DNA from: Eledone cirrhosa
Taxonomy: Eukaryota
Assembly: GCA_964016885.1 (NCBI GenBank)
Contig: OZ024740.1
Span: 179,800,001 to 179,864,000 of the forward strand
Length of the DNA stretch: 64,000 nt
Reading direction: 5' to 3'
In this document: positions 24,823 to 40,125 of the stretch, piece after piece
Numbering within the stretch: the stretch's first letter is position 1
Layout of the letters: each line of letters starts with the position of its first letter
Translations under genes and position numbers: made by a program
The notes under the pieces: generated by a model
Told to the model about the DNA's origin: nothing
The model's input: the letters and a program-made list of their open reading frames with translations, nothing else
Database searches by the model: none

Positions 24823-25245
24823 CAACTAGAAATTGATTAACATATAAATAAACATATGAAACAATCACAATGGATAATTTGTAAAAGTGTGTAAGCACAC
24901 ACAGCTAGGTAGGTAACTAATTGTAGTGCTAACTCTGTTAGCACTACAATTAGTTACCTACCTAGGAAGATTAATCATTTTATAAGGTATCTATTTTTGA
25001 AGTTCTAGTTAAACTTTATTTAGTTACCTACCTAGCTATGTGTGCTTACACACTTTTACAAAAATATCCCCTGTGGTTGTTTCATATGTTTATTTATATG
25101 TTAATCAATTTCTAGTTGTTATAAAATGCCCGGACCTATTCATTACAATCTTGGAGCTTATTTTACGGGTGATATGGCGCATGTCTTTCTGGCATGACAC
25201 CCATAATTTTATTTAGATTAAATGTATTTTGATTTATCTTAATTT

Positions 25246-25282
<37 letters not shown>

Positions 25283-25285
<3 letters not shown>

Positions 25286-28200
25286 TGAAATAACAGGAAG
25301 CTGGACTGGTGTAAATCCTTGAAAGGTTTATTAAACTATGATCATTTCAATGACCGGGTTCCATATAAATCCGGTGATATCATCAGGTATTGGAATATAA
25401 CAAAGGAATATGTAAAAAGCCATGGGTCCGAAAAATCAAAGACAAAGAGGATGGCTGACCAACTAGCTTCTTAGCCAGCCGCCCTCAAAGTGTTGGCAAC
25501 TGAAAACTACTAATGAATATCTGGTGAAGGGGCGAAGGCTTATAATGCGCTACCACCACTCAGTCAAAGAAGAAGGGAAGAAAGAAAGAAAGGGAGACAG
25601 AAGTGAAGTGTAATGGTCAAACTACATTCATGTTACAAAATGCCGCGAAAAAAATGCTACCCAAAGAATCTATAATGGGTGTCTGTATGGTCTAATATGT
25701 GAACCGAAGATTGGAAAGTTAAACTTATGTTGCGAGTTATAGGATGAAATTAAATTAAATTAAAAATATTAAATTGCAAAATGGTAAATTGAAAAATAGA
25801 GGTAGCGAGATTTATTTATTTAAAGAACTTACGAAGAGAGTCTTATATGAACACATTTTTTAACTCGATAAGATATTAGGATGGGATATAGAGTAAAGAT
25901 TTCGATTGCGAGTCCCAGCCAGCACACCCACCACAATGAGTGGTATCGTCCAGCGAAAGTAATGGAAATTAATTTTTCCGAGTACTCTAGGAACGTAACT
26001 AACTTTGGTCCCGGGATCGCTAGTGGGAACTCAACAATTTCGACAGGCCATCGTCTATACCACGAATACTATTAAATCACACATTAGGGGTTTATTTACG
26101 TGTCAGTAGAGGCATGATACAGCTAAAAGTTATGCCCAAACCCGAAGTTTGTAGGTACAAGTATAATGTGGTGGCCAAAACAGGCGGCGCGGTTTGACCG
26201 AGGCAAAGCTCCGCTCCGAGTAATTTCATTTACCGAAAGAGGAGAAATTTATTTTTCCGAGCCCTCAAGGAAGGCTGAACTTTCCGAGTGCCCAGCGCTC
26301 AACCGGGAAAAGCCACCACACAAGTCGAAGGTAACAGCCCAATGAAAAGTGTAAATAGACCAAAATTATGTTAAAGACCCAGTTAGTCCGGGTTATAGGT
26401 AGTGTTGTTCTTAGGTGAGTAGGGGGCTATGAAAGGTGCATAATGATCTGAGTAAGGAAAAGTTACAAAAAAATACGAAAAAATATGGAAAAATAATGAA
26501 AGCAGCATACAAAGATAAAATACCAATATAAAGATAGAATACATTGATAAAAACACATTAATATAATAATAAAAAATAATAAAATATACATTAATGAGAT
26601 AGTAAAAATATTAATAAAGGTAAATAAGAATCAATATAGATCAAGTTGTAGTAAGATAATACAAGTTGTACATATAGATATAGATGTAGAGGATGGAGGA
26701 GATGGAATGGTAACATGTTGTACGCAGTGTAAAGTACAGTGCGAATCACAAAAAGTCCTGAGGTATAGAGTAGAGAATTCAGTTAATACAATACATGTTT
26801 TAGTATAATACGTAGAGTTTTGTCGGAATCGCAATCATCCCGACAAGGAAGTAGTATCAGGTGGCGGTAGATAAGGCGCAGAGCAGCCAAAATCCGAATG
26901 GTAAGTAGATCAGTTAATCCCATGCTGGTCATAGCTGTACACTGATGTCAGTGCCGCTGTTGAATATTACATTTTGAAGTGCTCAACATTATAGGAGCAT
27001 TATTTCTTTAGGTTTGTTGGTTCACCACTGGATAGAACTGGTCATTCCGTATGGTCAATCCTGGTGTAATATTGTGAAGAGTTCTCAACGCAGTGCAGTT
27101 CACCCATCTTCGTTTGTGTAGTTGGTGGTGCGAATACGGAGTTAATTATAAATGAAATAACAGGAGGCTGGACTGGTGTAAATCCTAGAGAGGTTTATTA
27201 TACTATGATCATTTCAATGACCGGGTTCCATATGAATCCGGTGATATCATCAAGTATTGGAATATAACAAATGAATATGTAAAAAGCCATGGGTCCGAAA
27301 AATCATAGACAAAGAGGACGGCTGACCAACTAGCTTCTCAGCCAGCCGCCCTCAAAGTGTTGGCAACTGAAAACTACTAATGAATATCAGGTGAAGGGGC
27401 GAAGGCTTATAATGCGCTACCACCACTCCGTCAAAGAAGAAGGGGAAGAAAGAAAGGGAGAAAGAAGTGAAGTGTAATGGTCAAACTACATTCATGTTAG
27501 AAAATGCCGTGAAAAAAATGCTACCCAAAGAATCTGTAATAGGTGTCTGTATGGTCTAATGTGTGAACCGAAGATTGGAAAGTTAAATTTATGTTGCGAA
27601 TTATAGGATGAAATTAAATTAAATTAAATATATTAAATTGCAAAATGATAAATTGAAAAATAGAGGTAGCAAGATTTATCTATTTAATGAACTTACGAAG
27701 GGAAAAAAATGTTTAACTCGATAAGATATTAGGATGGGATATAGAGTAAATATTTCGATTGGGACTCCCAGCCAGCACACCCACCACCACGAGTGAGCCA
27801 GTCTCGAGTGGTATCGTCCAGCGAACGAAATGGAAATTAATTTTTCTGAGTACTCTAGGAACGTAACTAACTTTGGTCCCGGGATCGCTAGTGGGAACTC
27901 CACAATTTCGACAGGCCATCGTCTATACCACGAATACTATTAAATCACACATTAGGGGTTTATTTACGTGCCAGTAGAGGCATGATACAGCTAATAGTTA
28001 TGCCCAAACCTGGAGTTTGTAGGTACATGTATAATGTGGCGGCCAAAACAGGCGGCGCGGTGGGACCGGAGCAAAGCAACCCGCTCCGAGTAATTTCATT
28101 TACCGAAAGGGGAGAAATTTATTTTTCCGAGCACTCAAGGAAGGCTGAACTTTCCGAGTATAAATTTCATTTATAATTAACTCCGTATTCGCACCACCAA

Positions 28201-28316
28201 CTACACAGAAGAAGATGGGTAAACTGCACTGCGTTGAGTACTCTTCACAATATTACACCAGGATTAACCATACGGAATGACCAGTTCTATCCAGTGGTGA
28301 ACCAACAAACCTAAAG
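25283..28316 (-). mobile_element. Non-coding family E element: ~1.87-kb unit, partial tandem copy (27150-28160), inverted piece (28160-28316); flanked by (TA)n
   Basis: 25283-26290 matches 27150-28160; 28160-28316 is the reverse complement of about 27008-27157; no RT/EN ORF recognised. Confidence 0.85.
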
Positions 28317-28399
<83 letters not shown>

Positions 28400-28499
28400 T
28401 GTCTGTCTGGGTCTATATATATATGTTTGCATGCAGGAATGAATACACTAAGCTTTAGATTTAGTAGAATGAATGTACAACCATTGATTCCAGCTATTT

Positions 28500-28754
28500 G
28501 CACTAACGTATATTTTGTTTTCTAGTAATTTTCTGGGAATTTGTTGACCAAATGCTTTGCTTAATTGTTTTATTTATTTTAAAAAAAATGTTATTCTTTC
28601 TCTTAGACTTCAGGTATTTTTGAAAGGTAAGCATTGCCCCTAAAATATAACAGTGGGCCTTGCAATGCTACTGTGGGCACTTGTAATGCTACCGTGGGGC
28701 CCCTGGGTCCCACTCACTATTGGGCAACCTGGCAACATGGCCAGTCCGCCACTG
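28500..28754 (+). mobile_element. Right end of hAT-like DNA transposon
   Basis: Terminal ccagtccgccactg with subterminal gtgggc/gggccc repeats. Confidence 0.55.
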
Positions 28755-29919
28755 TATATAAGATGGGTCCAATTTCTGTTTATTGCATTTAATTTGTAAC
28801 ATGGTACCCCCTAACTAACTTTTCATATGTAGAGAGAAATGATCAATGTACTGTATGGTTATAATCACAGCATAATCGATAATCATTCTAAAATGAAACT
28901 ACGGCAATCAGCTGCACTTTTCTGAAAACTAAAATTATAATTTTACAAATGGAGTTATTCGAATGAAGTACTGGGAGAGTCTGAAAATTTCCTAAGACTT
29001 GTCTGTATTTGTTTAACCTTCTAGGTACCGGCAAAATGTATTCTAAGAACACGGAATTAGAGACCCGCAGCTATTGGCATAGAAGGTAACTTTCACGCCC
29101 AGCATCGAAGAGATACAGGTATCAACGTTTCCCTTCACCACGTGTATTTAACACAACTTTCTCAACAAATATTAACATTTACACTGGTCTATCTGAACCA
29201 CAACTACTTCATTTTAAATTCCAAACTTGTTAAATGGTTATGTTAACGTTTGTTTCGGCGTCCACCTATAGTCTTAATACCTTCTAAAAATGAAAGACCA
29301 ACTTTAGCGAACATTATAATTCTCTGATGAAGATGACATAAATTTAAAGCCATATATGTCCATCCATTGAAATTTCATCAGACTAATGGTGATGTTTATC
29401 TAAACACAACCCTCAATATCTTAGTGTCCACAGTACTTGTCGGAAATATATCTTCTGTGTAGCTAAACATACATTTGTAGTGACAGCAGTAAAGCCTGTG
29501 ACCAAGTGGAAAAGGACAGAATCGCATGGCTGGTGAATAATGGTGAAACTACAGCCGATTGATATCTATGTCGAACACATCAGTGAACATATTGTTCACT
29601 AAATATGAAGCCTGTCAATACATATAGATCAATACTAACATCTAGGGAAACAAGGTCAGCATTCAGCAGTGAATAAAGAGATTCGAATTCTTAGTATATT
29701 CGAAGAATCAGATAGAGAAATAGAGAGATGTAAAAACGCGACCGCCGTGGTGAACGGTTTCAGCTGGTGTGTTCAGTGAGCCTTACCTCGGTTGTAGTAT
29801 GTACAGGTCTTTCTACTAACATTACATCTCCCGATACATCGAGTACTCCCATGATTAGTGGTCTCCAGATCCCAGCAACGCATACTCCCCCTTCTCTTTC
29901 TCTGCATATATATATATAA

Positions 29920-30660
29920 TGTCAGGTCACTCTTGAGTGCTACTGGTAACATGTAAACCAGTACAACCTGTCACATCGTCGGGACGTTGGCGACTGAACT
30001 GGTAACCCCACCAAGTTTACTTGGTGAGGTGGGTGATTTTGGACACCCTGCAGGACAAAAAACGAAACGTGACAAAGGGCGGAATAACACATAAGAGTCA
30101 ACGGCCATCCAACAATGTGTAAATATGTATATACACATGTACATATGTATGTGTATGTATATACGTGTGCATATGGCTGGGGTGTCAGGGAGGGACATGT
30201 ACCTCTGTAGGGAGGGCTAGTCATGCCCTTTTCAGGACAGCTCGTCCTGCATTGGGTCCCACTTGACACTCAGCTCTCACCTGTGGCCCAAAGAAGCTGT
30301 AGCATGCGACAGCGGCCACGCCTTGGTAAATCGCCTTGGCTCGTGAGCCGAACCAGGTTGAGGGTAGCCGGACGGGTCTGAAACACCCCGGTGAGTTAGA
30401 TAGGGGATGCCTGCCCCTGCATACGAAGACTGGACCCGGCGGAGTGAGTAGATGAGGACAAAATCGTCTCAATGGTCACAAAGGCGGCGACAGTAAGCGG
30501 TGTGGAGTGCTAGGGCACAGCAAGGGACTACAGACATCGTGGCCATGCACAGCAGCCAAGGAAGTGCCTGGTTGTGACGGTCCTCCGTACCACCGGATTC
30601 TGGCTTCTGCGGCCGAGTGAGTGGGACCGTCACTGTGCACTGGCCCTCCACTATAAACCT
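29920..30660 (+). mobile_element. GC-rich non-coding segment resembling an RTE-type LINE 5' UTR
   Basis: Sharp GC rise and small hairpins; family assignment from recollection only. Confidence 0.35.
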
Positions 30661-30725
30661 GTGCGGCAAAGGTTTATAGTGGAGGGCCAGTGCACAGTGA
30701 CGGTCCCACTCACTCGGCCGCAGAA
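30605..30725. repeat. Perfect 56-bp inverted repeat with 9-nt loop
   Basis: 30605-30660 is the exact reverse complement of 30670-30725. Confidence 0.97.
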
Positions 30726-31794
30726 AATTGGAAACGCTACTTGGATGATTGCCTCATTCTTTGGTCCCACACACTCGACCAACTGAAGGATTTCAAAAAC
30801 TTAATAAAAGGCATCAATAACCACATCCAATTCACAATGGAATACAGCCAAGATCAACTCCCATTTCTGGACATCTTAATCTTAAAAAAAGACATAAATA
30901 TCGAAACTGACATACACGACAAACCAACAGATTCCAAACAATATCTGCTATTCACCTCCAACCATCCAAAGCACAACGAATACGAACATTCCTTTTAACC
31001 TAGCAAGAAGAATTTGCACAATTGTCTCCAATTATGAAACATGAAATAAATGACTTCAAGAATTAAAGGAAATTCTACTCGAGAGAGAGTACCCACTATT
31101 ACTAATAAATAATGGAATGGAAAGGGCTAAAGCAATAGGCATTGATGAATTACGGAAACAGAAACAAATTCAAGGTACGTCCAATATTCTATCATATATC
31201 TCAACACACAACCCAAGAAATGCGGAAGCTTACAACACTATTCACAAGAACATCCCACTACTAAAACAAAACCCAAGAATGAAAAAAGCCCTTGAAACAC
31301 ACAAAATAATCAAAAGCAAAAGACAACCAAAATCACTGAAAACATTACTCATCAATGCCAAATTACCTACCACAAACCCACAACCAAGTATAAAAAAATG
31401 TGGTCGCTCTAATTGTGGAACCTCCACTCACCTCATTGAAGGCAACACGTATATATTTAAATCAGGACAAAATTTTACTGTAAAAAATCACTTCACTTGC
31501 TCATCAAAAAATCTGATTTATGCCATTAAATGTAAAGGATGCAATGAAGATTAAATAGGACAAACTAAACTCACACTCAGAAACAGAATGACAGTTCATC
31601 GCCAACAATTACGAGATCCAACCACGAGACAGATACCACTAAGTGCACATCTAGACATTTGCGGAAGTAATAAGACACTCAAATTCCAAGTCTTCCCATT
31701 TTACCTTTGCACTAACAAGACAACAGAACAAATACGAATAAATAAGGAAAATATGTTTATTCAAAAATATAGACCAGCATTAAATATGGTTTAA
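30722..31794 (+). pseudogene. PLE RT, Zn linker and GIY-YIG fragment
   Basis: WKRYLDDCLILW, IQFTME, LPFLDI, KPTDSKQYL..SNHP; CGRSNC; NLIYAIKCKGC..*IGQT; YRPALN. Confidence 0.93.
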
Positions 31795-32281
31795 TATACA
31801 TTATGTCAACACCATAATATAACATACACACACACACATAACACCTTCTACTTTAGAAAATAAAAACCCGAACTAAATAAATCTTAACATACGTTTGCAC
31901 TGACAATACAACAGAACATATACGAATAATTCAGGAAAATATGTTCATTCAAAAATATTCCTACTAAAGGAATCATTTTCCTACACACACACACACACAC
32001 ACACACAATATATATATATTCTCTTCATCTTAACATGCTAACCACACTCCCACACACATAACACCCATACACACACATAACAACCCCCACACCCACAACT
32101 CCCTCCCCCATTTCTACTAATAGAACCACTTTCCTACACACATATATACACACACACAAAATATATATTCTCTCCATCTTAACATACTCGCACACACATA
32201 CATAACACCCATATACACACACACACAACTCCCTCCCCCATTTCTACTAATAGAATCATCTTCCAATACACACATACACAC

Positions 32282-32371
<90 letters not shown>

Positions 32372-33224
32372 GCACACAAATAAACATACATATCTTTACT
32401 TCAATAGAAAATCTGAACTCTGACACCCCAGCGAACTAACCATATTCACTGAACCAGAACAATTCTCCCAATCCCATTTCTCTTGACCACTATCTTTGCC
32501 TTGTCATAACATTCTCTATAAAGGCTACAGAATAGATTTCCAAATAAGGGCGCAAAAATGTAATGAAAACTTGTTCACCTGACAGCCAAATTTCATTTAT
32601 AACCAATCAAATCACGTTTATTAAAAAAAAGCCTTCGTGAGCTACCTTTTTTTAAAGTAAAGAAATTCAAACACACACACACACAACACACACACACACG
32701 CACACACACACAAGCACACAAATAAACATACATATCTTTACTTTCTTTATTCAATAGAAAATCTGAATTCTGACACCCCAGCGAACTAACCCTATTCACT
32801 GAACCAGAACAATTCTCCCATCCCTTTCTCTTGACCATTATCTTTCACTTATCATAAAATTCTCTAAAAAGGCTACAGAATGGAGTTCCAAATAAAGGCA
32901 CGAAAATTTAATGAAAACTTGTTCACGTGACAGCCATAATTTCATTTATAACCACCCCCAAAAAAGCCTTCGTGAGCCCCTTTTTTCAAGTAAAAAGAAA
33001 TTCAAACATTCATATATGAAAAAACAACCTGTGACAACCCCCCCCTCTTATTTGAAGAACTATTGTAACGCGAACTGGCGCGAAATTTATTATAATTATT
33101 GACAAACCAATCAAATTACTTCCCGAAAAACCTGGCATTTCGAGCCACTTTTTCCATATAAAACAAGTAACATTCAGAGACCAACCAGATGTGAGAAAAA
33201 CCACAGACCCTCCATCTCAACTCA

Positions 33225-33262
33225 CCTTTTGAAAAGCAGAAGAACTGCGAAACCGGTAAAGG
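33225..33262 (+). ncRNA. Minimal type I HHR, U3-A8 variant, PLE3 pLTR
   Basis: cctt-TTGAAAA-gcag aagaa ctgc-GAAA-ccgg-TA-aagg; all three stems perfect. Confidence 0.85.
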
Positions 33263-33418
33263 AACCAAATAAATATATATATTTAACAAAAAAATAAGGC
33301 TCCAGTTGCATTTTCAATTTCATCTCTTTTTCTTTATACTTTCAGTCGTGTAGGACACCTCGGTTATTTTTAAATTTGTAAAAAATACCTCACTTTCTAA
33401 TATATATATATATATATG

Positions 33419-34551
<1,133 letters not shown>

Positions 34552-35037
34552 CAAACGTTGGAGATTCAGGCCTCTAATACTTAATTAATTAGATGTAGCC
34601 CCTAAATGATCACAATTATTTGTTAATATACTAAATATATTTTCATCTTAATTGTTCATGTAGCCTTAGTTTTCTTTGATATCGAGTATGGTCGTGTCTC
34701 ATCTTTTATATATATGACTTAATGCAATAAATATATTGAAACATGTAAGTGATCCGATTGTCATTTAAACCTTAATTATATATCAAAAGACATGTTGCTT
34801 AATTTGTGCATAGAAATATCTTATCATTACCCAGGTTAATATTGTTATGCGTTTCTGTTGCGCAAGAGAAAGGATGTTTACATATTTCACGATATAAATA
34901 TTTCAATGTTGATTATTCTGGCAGGGATTCAGAGCATATGCCTAAACAAATAAATGCAGTGAATCTCTTTATTTAACAGCAACTAAAATTATATTTGTTG
35001 ATTTGATAATAAACTAGAACCTCATTACGATGGTCAT

Positions 35038-35127
<90 letters not shown>

Positions 35128-35140
35128 CACACACACACAC

Positions 35141-35194
<54 letters not shown>

Positions 35195-35204
<10 letters not shown>

Positions 35205-36800
35205 CTTGTAATATGTTTCTTGTGATATATTTATATCTAGACCTGTAATATGTTTCTTTCAGTACTTAGATCCCTAATTCCTGAAGGTGACTCTACCAGT
35301 TCCTGCATGTTAGACTTTGAATATATATATTCACAGAAATAGATGGGACCCGAGTTCATATATTTATATATCAATTCATTATTAATGCTTGCAGGTGATA
35401 AAACTTTGTACATTTTACCATCAACCAAATCAGTCACTCATTAATTAATTTCCGGTCGGATATAATATTTCATTTTAGTCGCATGACAATTTACGTGTCA
35501 CGTACAAACTCCAAACATAACAATGATTAAATTCCATCGCAATTTTGTATTATTTGTCTTGTTTATTACATATTTTACCTCTAGGAAATGTTGACTCATC
35601 AAAGCAAATTAATATTAACATAGCTGAGTATTGTATATTTATATATTAGTAGCCTCTGTAATTGAGAGAAGCTTCTATAGGAGACACTACATAAACGCCT
35701 TAACGGAGAGCTGATAGTACTATGGTAAATTTAGGTGTATCTCACTTGATAAAAGCTATTATGTCAAATTTCTGCAAAAACAAGCATGTACACTAAATAA
35801 ATCAAGGGTGGAAATGTGCTCTAATTGATAAAATATATTGCGAAATTACCCATTCCCAACAACGATTTGAAGGTGTGTTTCAAATATGTCTATTCAAAGC
35901 TAACACGGAGATTCAAAAGAGCATCAACAGGAGAAATTTTGACTTCACAGTAACTAATGAACTTACTAACGTAAATTATTTCCCATTTAATATTAGTGTC
36001 ATATTCATTATCAACCTAACCGCAGTTAGTTTGCTTTGTTTTGTTTAGTTATTCTCTTATTAGATTATCTGGATTAGATATATGTACTAGATTCGATTCT
36101 TTATATATTCAACGTCCACCATTAGTGCTCACGCATGAACAAAAGGCAACACTTAAATATGTTACCGCAAATATTCCTTTTCTACTCACAACTGTGTTGA
36201 AATAAATACATTGTTTATCTTGGAGATGAGTAGAGATATTTGAATATTCAATACAATTCTCGTGACTTCAAATACACAATTCGCTGCTTTCATTCTGGAA
36301 TTGAAATTCATTAGGCAAATAAAATTGTAACAAAATGCAATTTGTATACGAAGGTTAGATTATTTATTACAATCAGTCTTGAAGGACCATGAAAGAGCGC
36401 ATTAAGATAGCGAATTAAGATTCTCCTTTAGCAGCTAAGGCACCACATGTAGTATATATAATCTACTTACTCGGTCAGAGCAATCAAACAGTGGTATATA
36501 ACCAGCATTTAGTTGATTCCTCATGAGAATATGTTTCGATTGTTTGGAGCTCTCTTTATACATTCCGGCTTTTGTTACATAGTTTTAAATTAGAAAGGAA
36601 TTTAACGAAAACTGGTAGCTACATCTTATCATTTTATCCACACTCATAAACGCCTGAAATACATATACAGATGTATGAAAGCATTTTGAGTACATTTGTC
36701 AATAGAGATGATACGTAGCATTTATTTAAATAAAAGTGAACAAAGATAAAGCTAACATAGGAAACATTCTTCATACATGAAAAACTAAATTTCCTGCCTG
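35195..36800 (+). repeat. Longest copy of the ~1.6-kb unclassified segment
   Basis: Covers both 13776-14650 and 14680-15843; starts at (TA)n like 14680. Confidence 0.9.
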
Positions 36801-37914
36801 TACAGTATTATGGTTATTGCCTTGAATGCAATATGTAAAATACCAACATCATTATACTTATCACATATGTCGTTAATATTGTGTGTAGTTTGCATTAGAA
36901 GTCTAAAATGTATTGCACCATTTCACGTCATTATTGAGCTCAAACGTATGGACATAGGTTATGTACGATATTGTGTGTAGGATTTCTGATGTATACTTTA
37001 CTGATGGTACTCTGCCTAATGTGTATACTACATTGTGATACCATTTCTTCTAAACTGTGCATATTTGTAAGCTCTCTATTTTCATTAAGTATTTCTCTGA
37101 CTTTTAATTGTTGCGAAGGCATCTATTATTACATAGATCGTTTCTCATAGATCGTTTCTCATTTCAATTATTTCATTCTAATTAATCTAGACATTTATAT
37201 TTATAGATGAATACAACATTTTAGAAACACAGTGTCGTCTGTTTGGATTTGCAGACACAACTATCCTGATGGCTATGTCTTAATATTATCTTGACACTCG
37301 TTGATTGTAAACCCTAGGACTATTTCGTGAGAGGCTGCATAATTACTTTGTTAGTTTTAGAAACCGGAGAGAAACATTCTTATTACATCCAACCACCCAT
37401 AGAATACTCCATTTCTGAATTATGGGACTTATTGACGTAGTTCTGTCTAATATTCATGAAAATTAAAGACAGAGGAAAGGTGTAACGAATTGGGAAGGTA
37501 TTTTGAAACCGGATATCAGAGTAGAAAACTAGCAATGTACCGGTCCTATATGAATATATATATATATGTGTGTGTGCGGGTGTGTGTGTGTGTGTGTGCG
37601 TATGTGTATGTGTGTGTGTGCGTGTGCGTGGGTGTGTGGGTGTGTGTATGTGTGTGTTTGCTTAGTTTCTCTTATGGGTTTCAATCAGTAGACAATCATC
37701 GTGCTGTAATAAAATAAGTACTATATGAAATGTATTCTGTTGATCATTCGGATTCTCCTCGGTCCTATTTTCAAGTTTGATCATCACTCTCTCGATATTG
37801 TTTCAACAAACTGCTAAGATATAAGGGACAAACATACAGACATAGGCACAACTATAAACACATACATAGACCCCCCCCCCCCTGCACACACACAGACATA
37901 CACACACGCGATAA

Positions 37915-38025
37915 TTTAGGCAGGGTTCATTCACTAAATTTCCCTGGCGTTGCATTGGACAGTCCGTGGCTATAGTAGAAGACACTTGCCTAAAAAGCTA
38001 CAAAGTACGACTAAACTAGAAATCA
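37915..38025 (-). mobile_element. Degenerate SINE fragment
   Basis: Reverse complement ggcaagtgtcttctactatagcc (CORE-like). Confidence 0.45.
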
Positions 38026-39036
38026 ACCGAGGTGGTGTTTCAGCTGCCTTGTTTCTGTGCAAATTGTCGGAGAGTACAGGTGATGTGAGATATGGCATTT
38101 TTTGAAAACGTGGTATTCGACTTTTTGTATAGATCTTGAATTGTTTTGAGCCAGCAGACCTATGGTCAAGTCGCTATTTGAAGATGGAATGCATGTAGAC
38201 CTACTTTAATGTATGTGTCCCTTCTTTTTTTAAGCTATTGGCTTAAATTACTCTAACTGTCTCATCCCTTTGCTTGGTCCTGCGAGTACATTGTTTTCAT
38301 TTTCGGGTAGGCTTGATGGTGGCATAGAGGTTATATGTCACTTAAATAATTATTTATTTCAATAAATTTGTTACTCCAAGCCAGAAAGTAAAGGAAATTG
38401 TAACAGTAAATAATTACGAATTCAGAGATTGCAAAACAATATTTATTCATCTGTATATAGCGTAATTAAAGTCTATGGCAACAATTTGATACATCTGAAA
38501 TAAATGATACTTTTGTGTTACTTAGAATTAAGTATGTATTTATTTTTATTTTATATTTTATTCCCTTTATTTTCCCCAAGAGTTAAGCTATCTTGGAATC
38601 AAACTCTTCCAAACATTTGGTTCTGTTCTTCTTTTTTTCTCGGAGCAGATTGATGGAAACGAGAAAATGAGGATACCAAGCATTTAAGAAGCTATCAATT
38701 GAAAATGCCGACTCTATTCCTTTTCTGGTGGAATAATAAATTACATCTATTTTATTACCCGTTACAGAAGCCTAATGTCAGTTATACGGGGATGTAAGTG
38801 AAGATAAAAAGACGTTGGCGGTTGAAATACTATACAAGCGTCTCCAAATACCTTTTATTTCCTGAATGTCACCGTTACCAATGTGGACATATAAATCATA
38901 GAAAAAGCCAACTCGAACAGATAATTTGATATATATGTATCTTGTTTAGTCTCTTTAAATCAAGCAGAGAAGGTCAAGAGAATAAAATATACTTCTTTAC
39001 ATCAACCATGAAACGGATGTTATTTTCTGAGAATGA

Positions 39037-39220
39037 GCGGTGGATTGGCAGTAACAGTAGAGGGTCGGACGCCCGCTTTCCACATAGTTACGTCCCTTTA
39101 CGATCTGAGTTCAAATCCCGCCGAGGTTAACTTTGCTTTCATCCTTACGGGGTCGATAAAATAAAGTACCAGTAATGCACTGGGTAATTGCTGGCCTTGT
39201 GCCTAAAGTAGAAACAATTA
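39037..39220 (+). mobile_element. SINE S1 with degenerate ~17-bp TSD
   Basis: ttattttctgagaatga / ttactttcttagaatga. Confidence 0.9.
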
Positions 39221-39869
39221 CTTTCTTAGAATGAAAGTTTAAACAAAAATAATATTCAAGTAGAGTTTTTCCTAGAAAACATTTGATATTGTAGACATTT
39301 TATTCACTGAGTGTACATGTAATATCATCATCATCATCATCATAACAATCGAAACTGACAGAGTCAAGATTAGCTAAATGTGAATAGCTGCTACTATGAT
39401 GATTTTATAAGTGTCAACTATTCCCCTATAAAACTGTCTCCTACACACAATACGTATAATTGATATGGATAGAGTATTGTTTTACTATTAAATGTTACAT
39501 ATGATCTCGATCTACTGTCTTCCAAACTGATGATGTATTAACATGCAAACTTGAACGTCTCACATATATAAACTGTTTATTGTCAACTCACGGAAAAGCG
39601 GCCATAATAATTTGTATTTATTGAATCTTCAAATTTTTGGTACTGACAGCGTCAGCACCAGACTTAGTTTTTAAAAGTATTATATAACAATTGTAAACTA
39701 CTATAACTGGCTAAACGTTTGAGCATAGTTAGTAATTGGTTTTAGTATTATCTAAAATATAAATTACGGAACATACAATTGATCGGACAATACAATTGAT
39801 CGAGTAGAAATTGCGTCACACTTATGAAAAAACCACTCACACACCCACATATATGTATAAATATATATA

Positions 39870-39920
<51 letters not shown>

Positions 39921-39990
39921 ATATATATATATATATATATAATATATATATATATATACATATATACATAATATATATATATATATATAT

Positions 39991-40033
<43 letters not shown>

Positions 40034-40036
<3 letters not shown>

Positions 40037-40125
40037 GAAAATTCATTTCTCACTCTTATGAAATTTCATTTCTCACTCTTATGAAATTTCATTTCTCACT
40101 CTTATGAAATTTCATTTCTCACTCA
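40034..40125 (+). repeat. 23-bp tandem repeat x4
   Basis: atgaaatttcatttctcactctt. Confidence 0.9.

Larger units (their letters stand above)
30722..33400 (+). mobile_element. Penelope-like element 3 (Neptune-like), 5'-truncated, long 3' region with internal duplications, ending at (TA)n
   Basis: RT/EN remnants; duplication of about 32370-32670 / 32710-33010; terminal HHR. Confidence 0.88.

Noticed and set aside
29786-29905. Possible minus-strand exon ending at gag|gtaag
   Set aside because: No polypyrimidine acceptor and no recognisable peptide.
40034-40125. CRISPR-like short repeats
   Set aside because: Contiguous minisatellite without spacers, in eukaryotic context.
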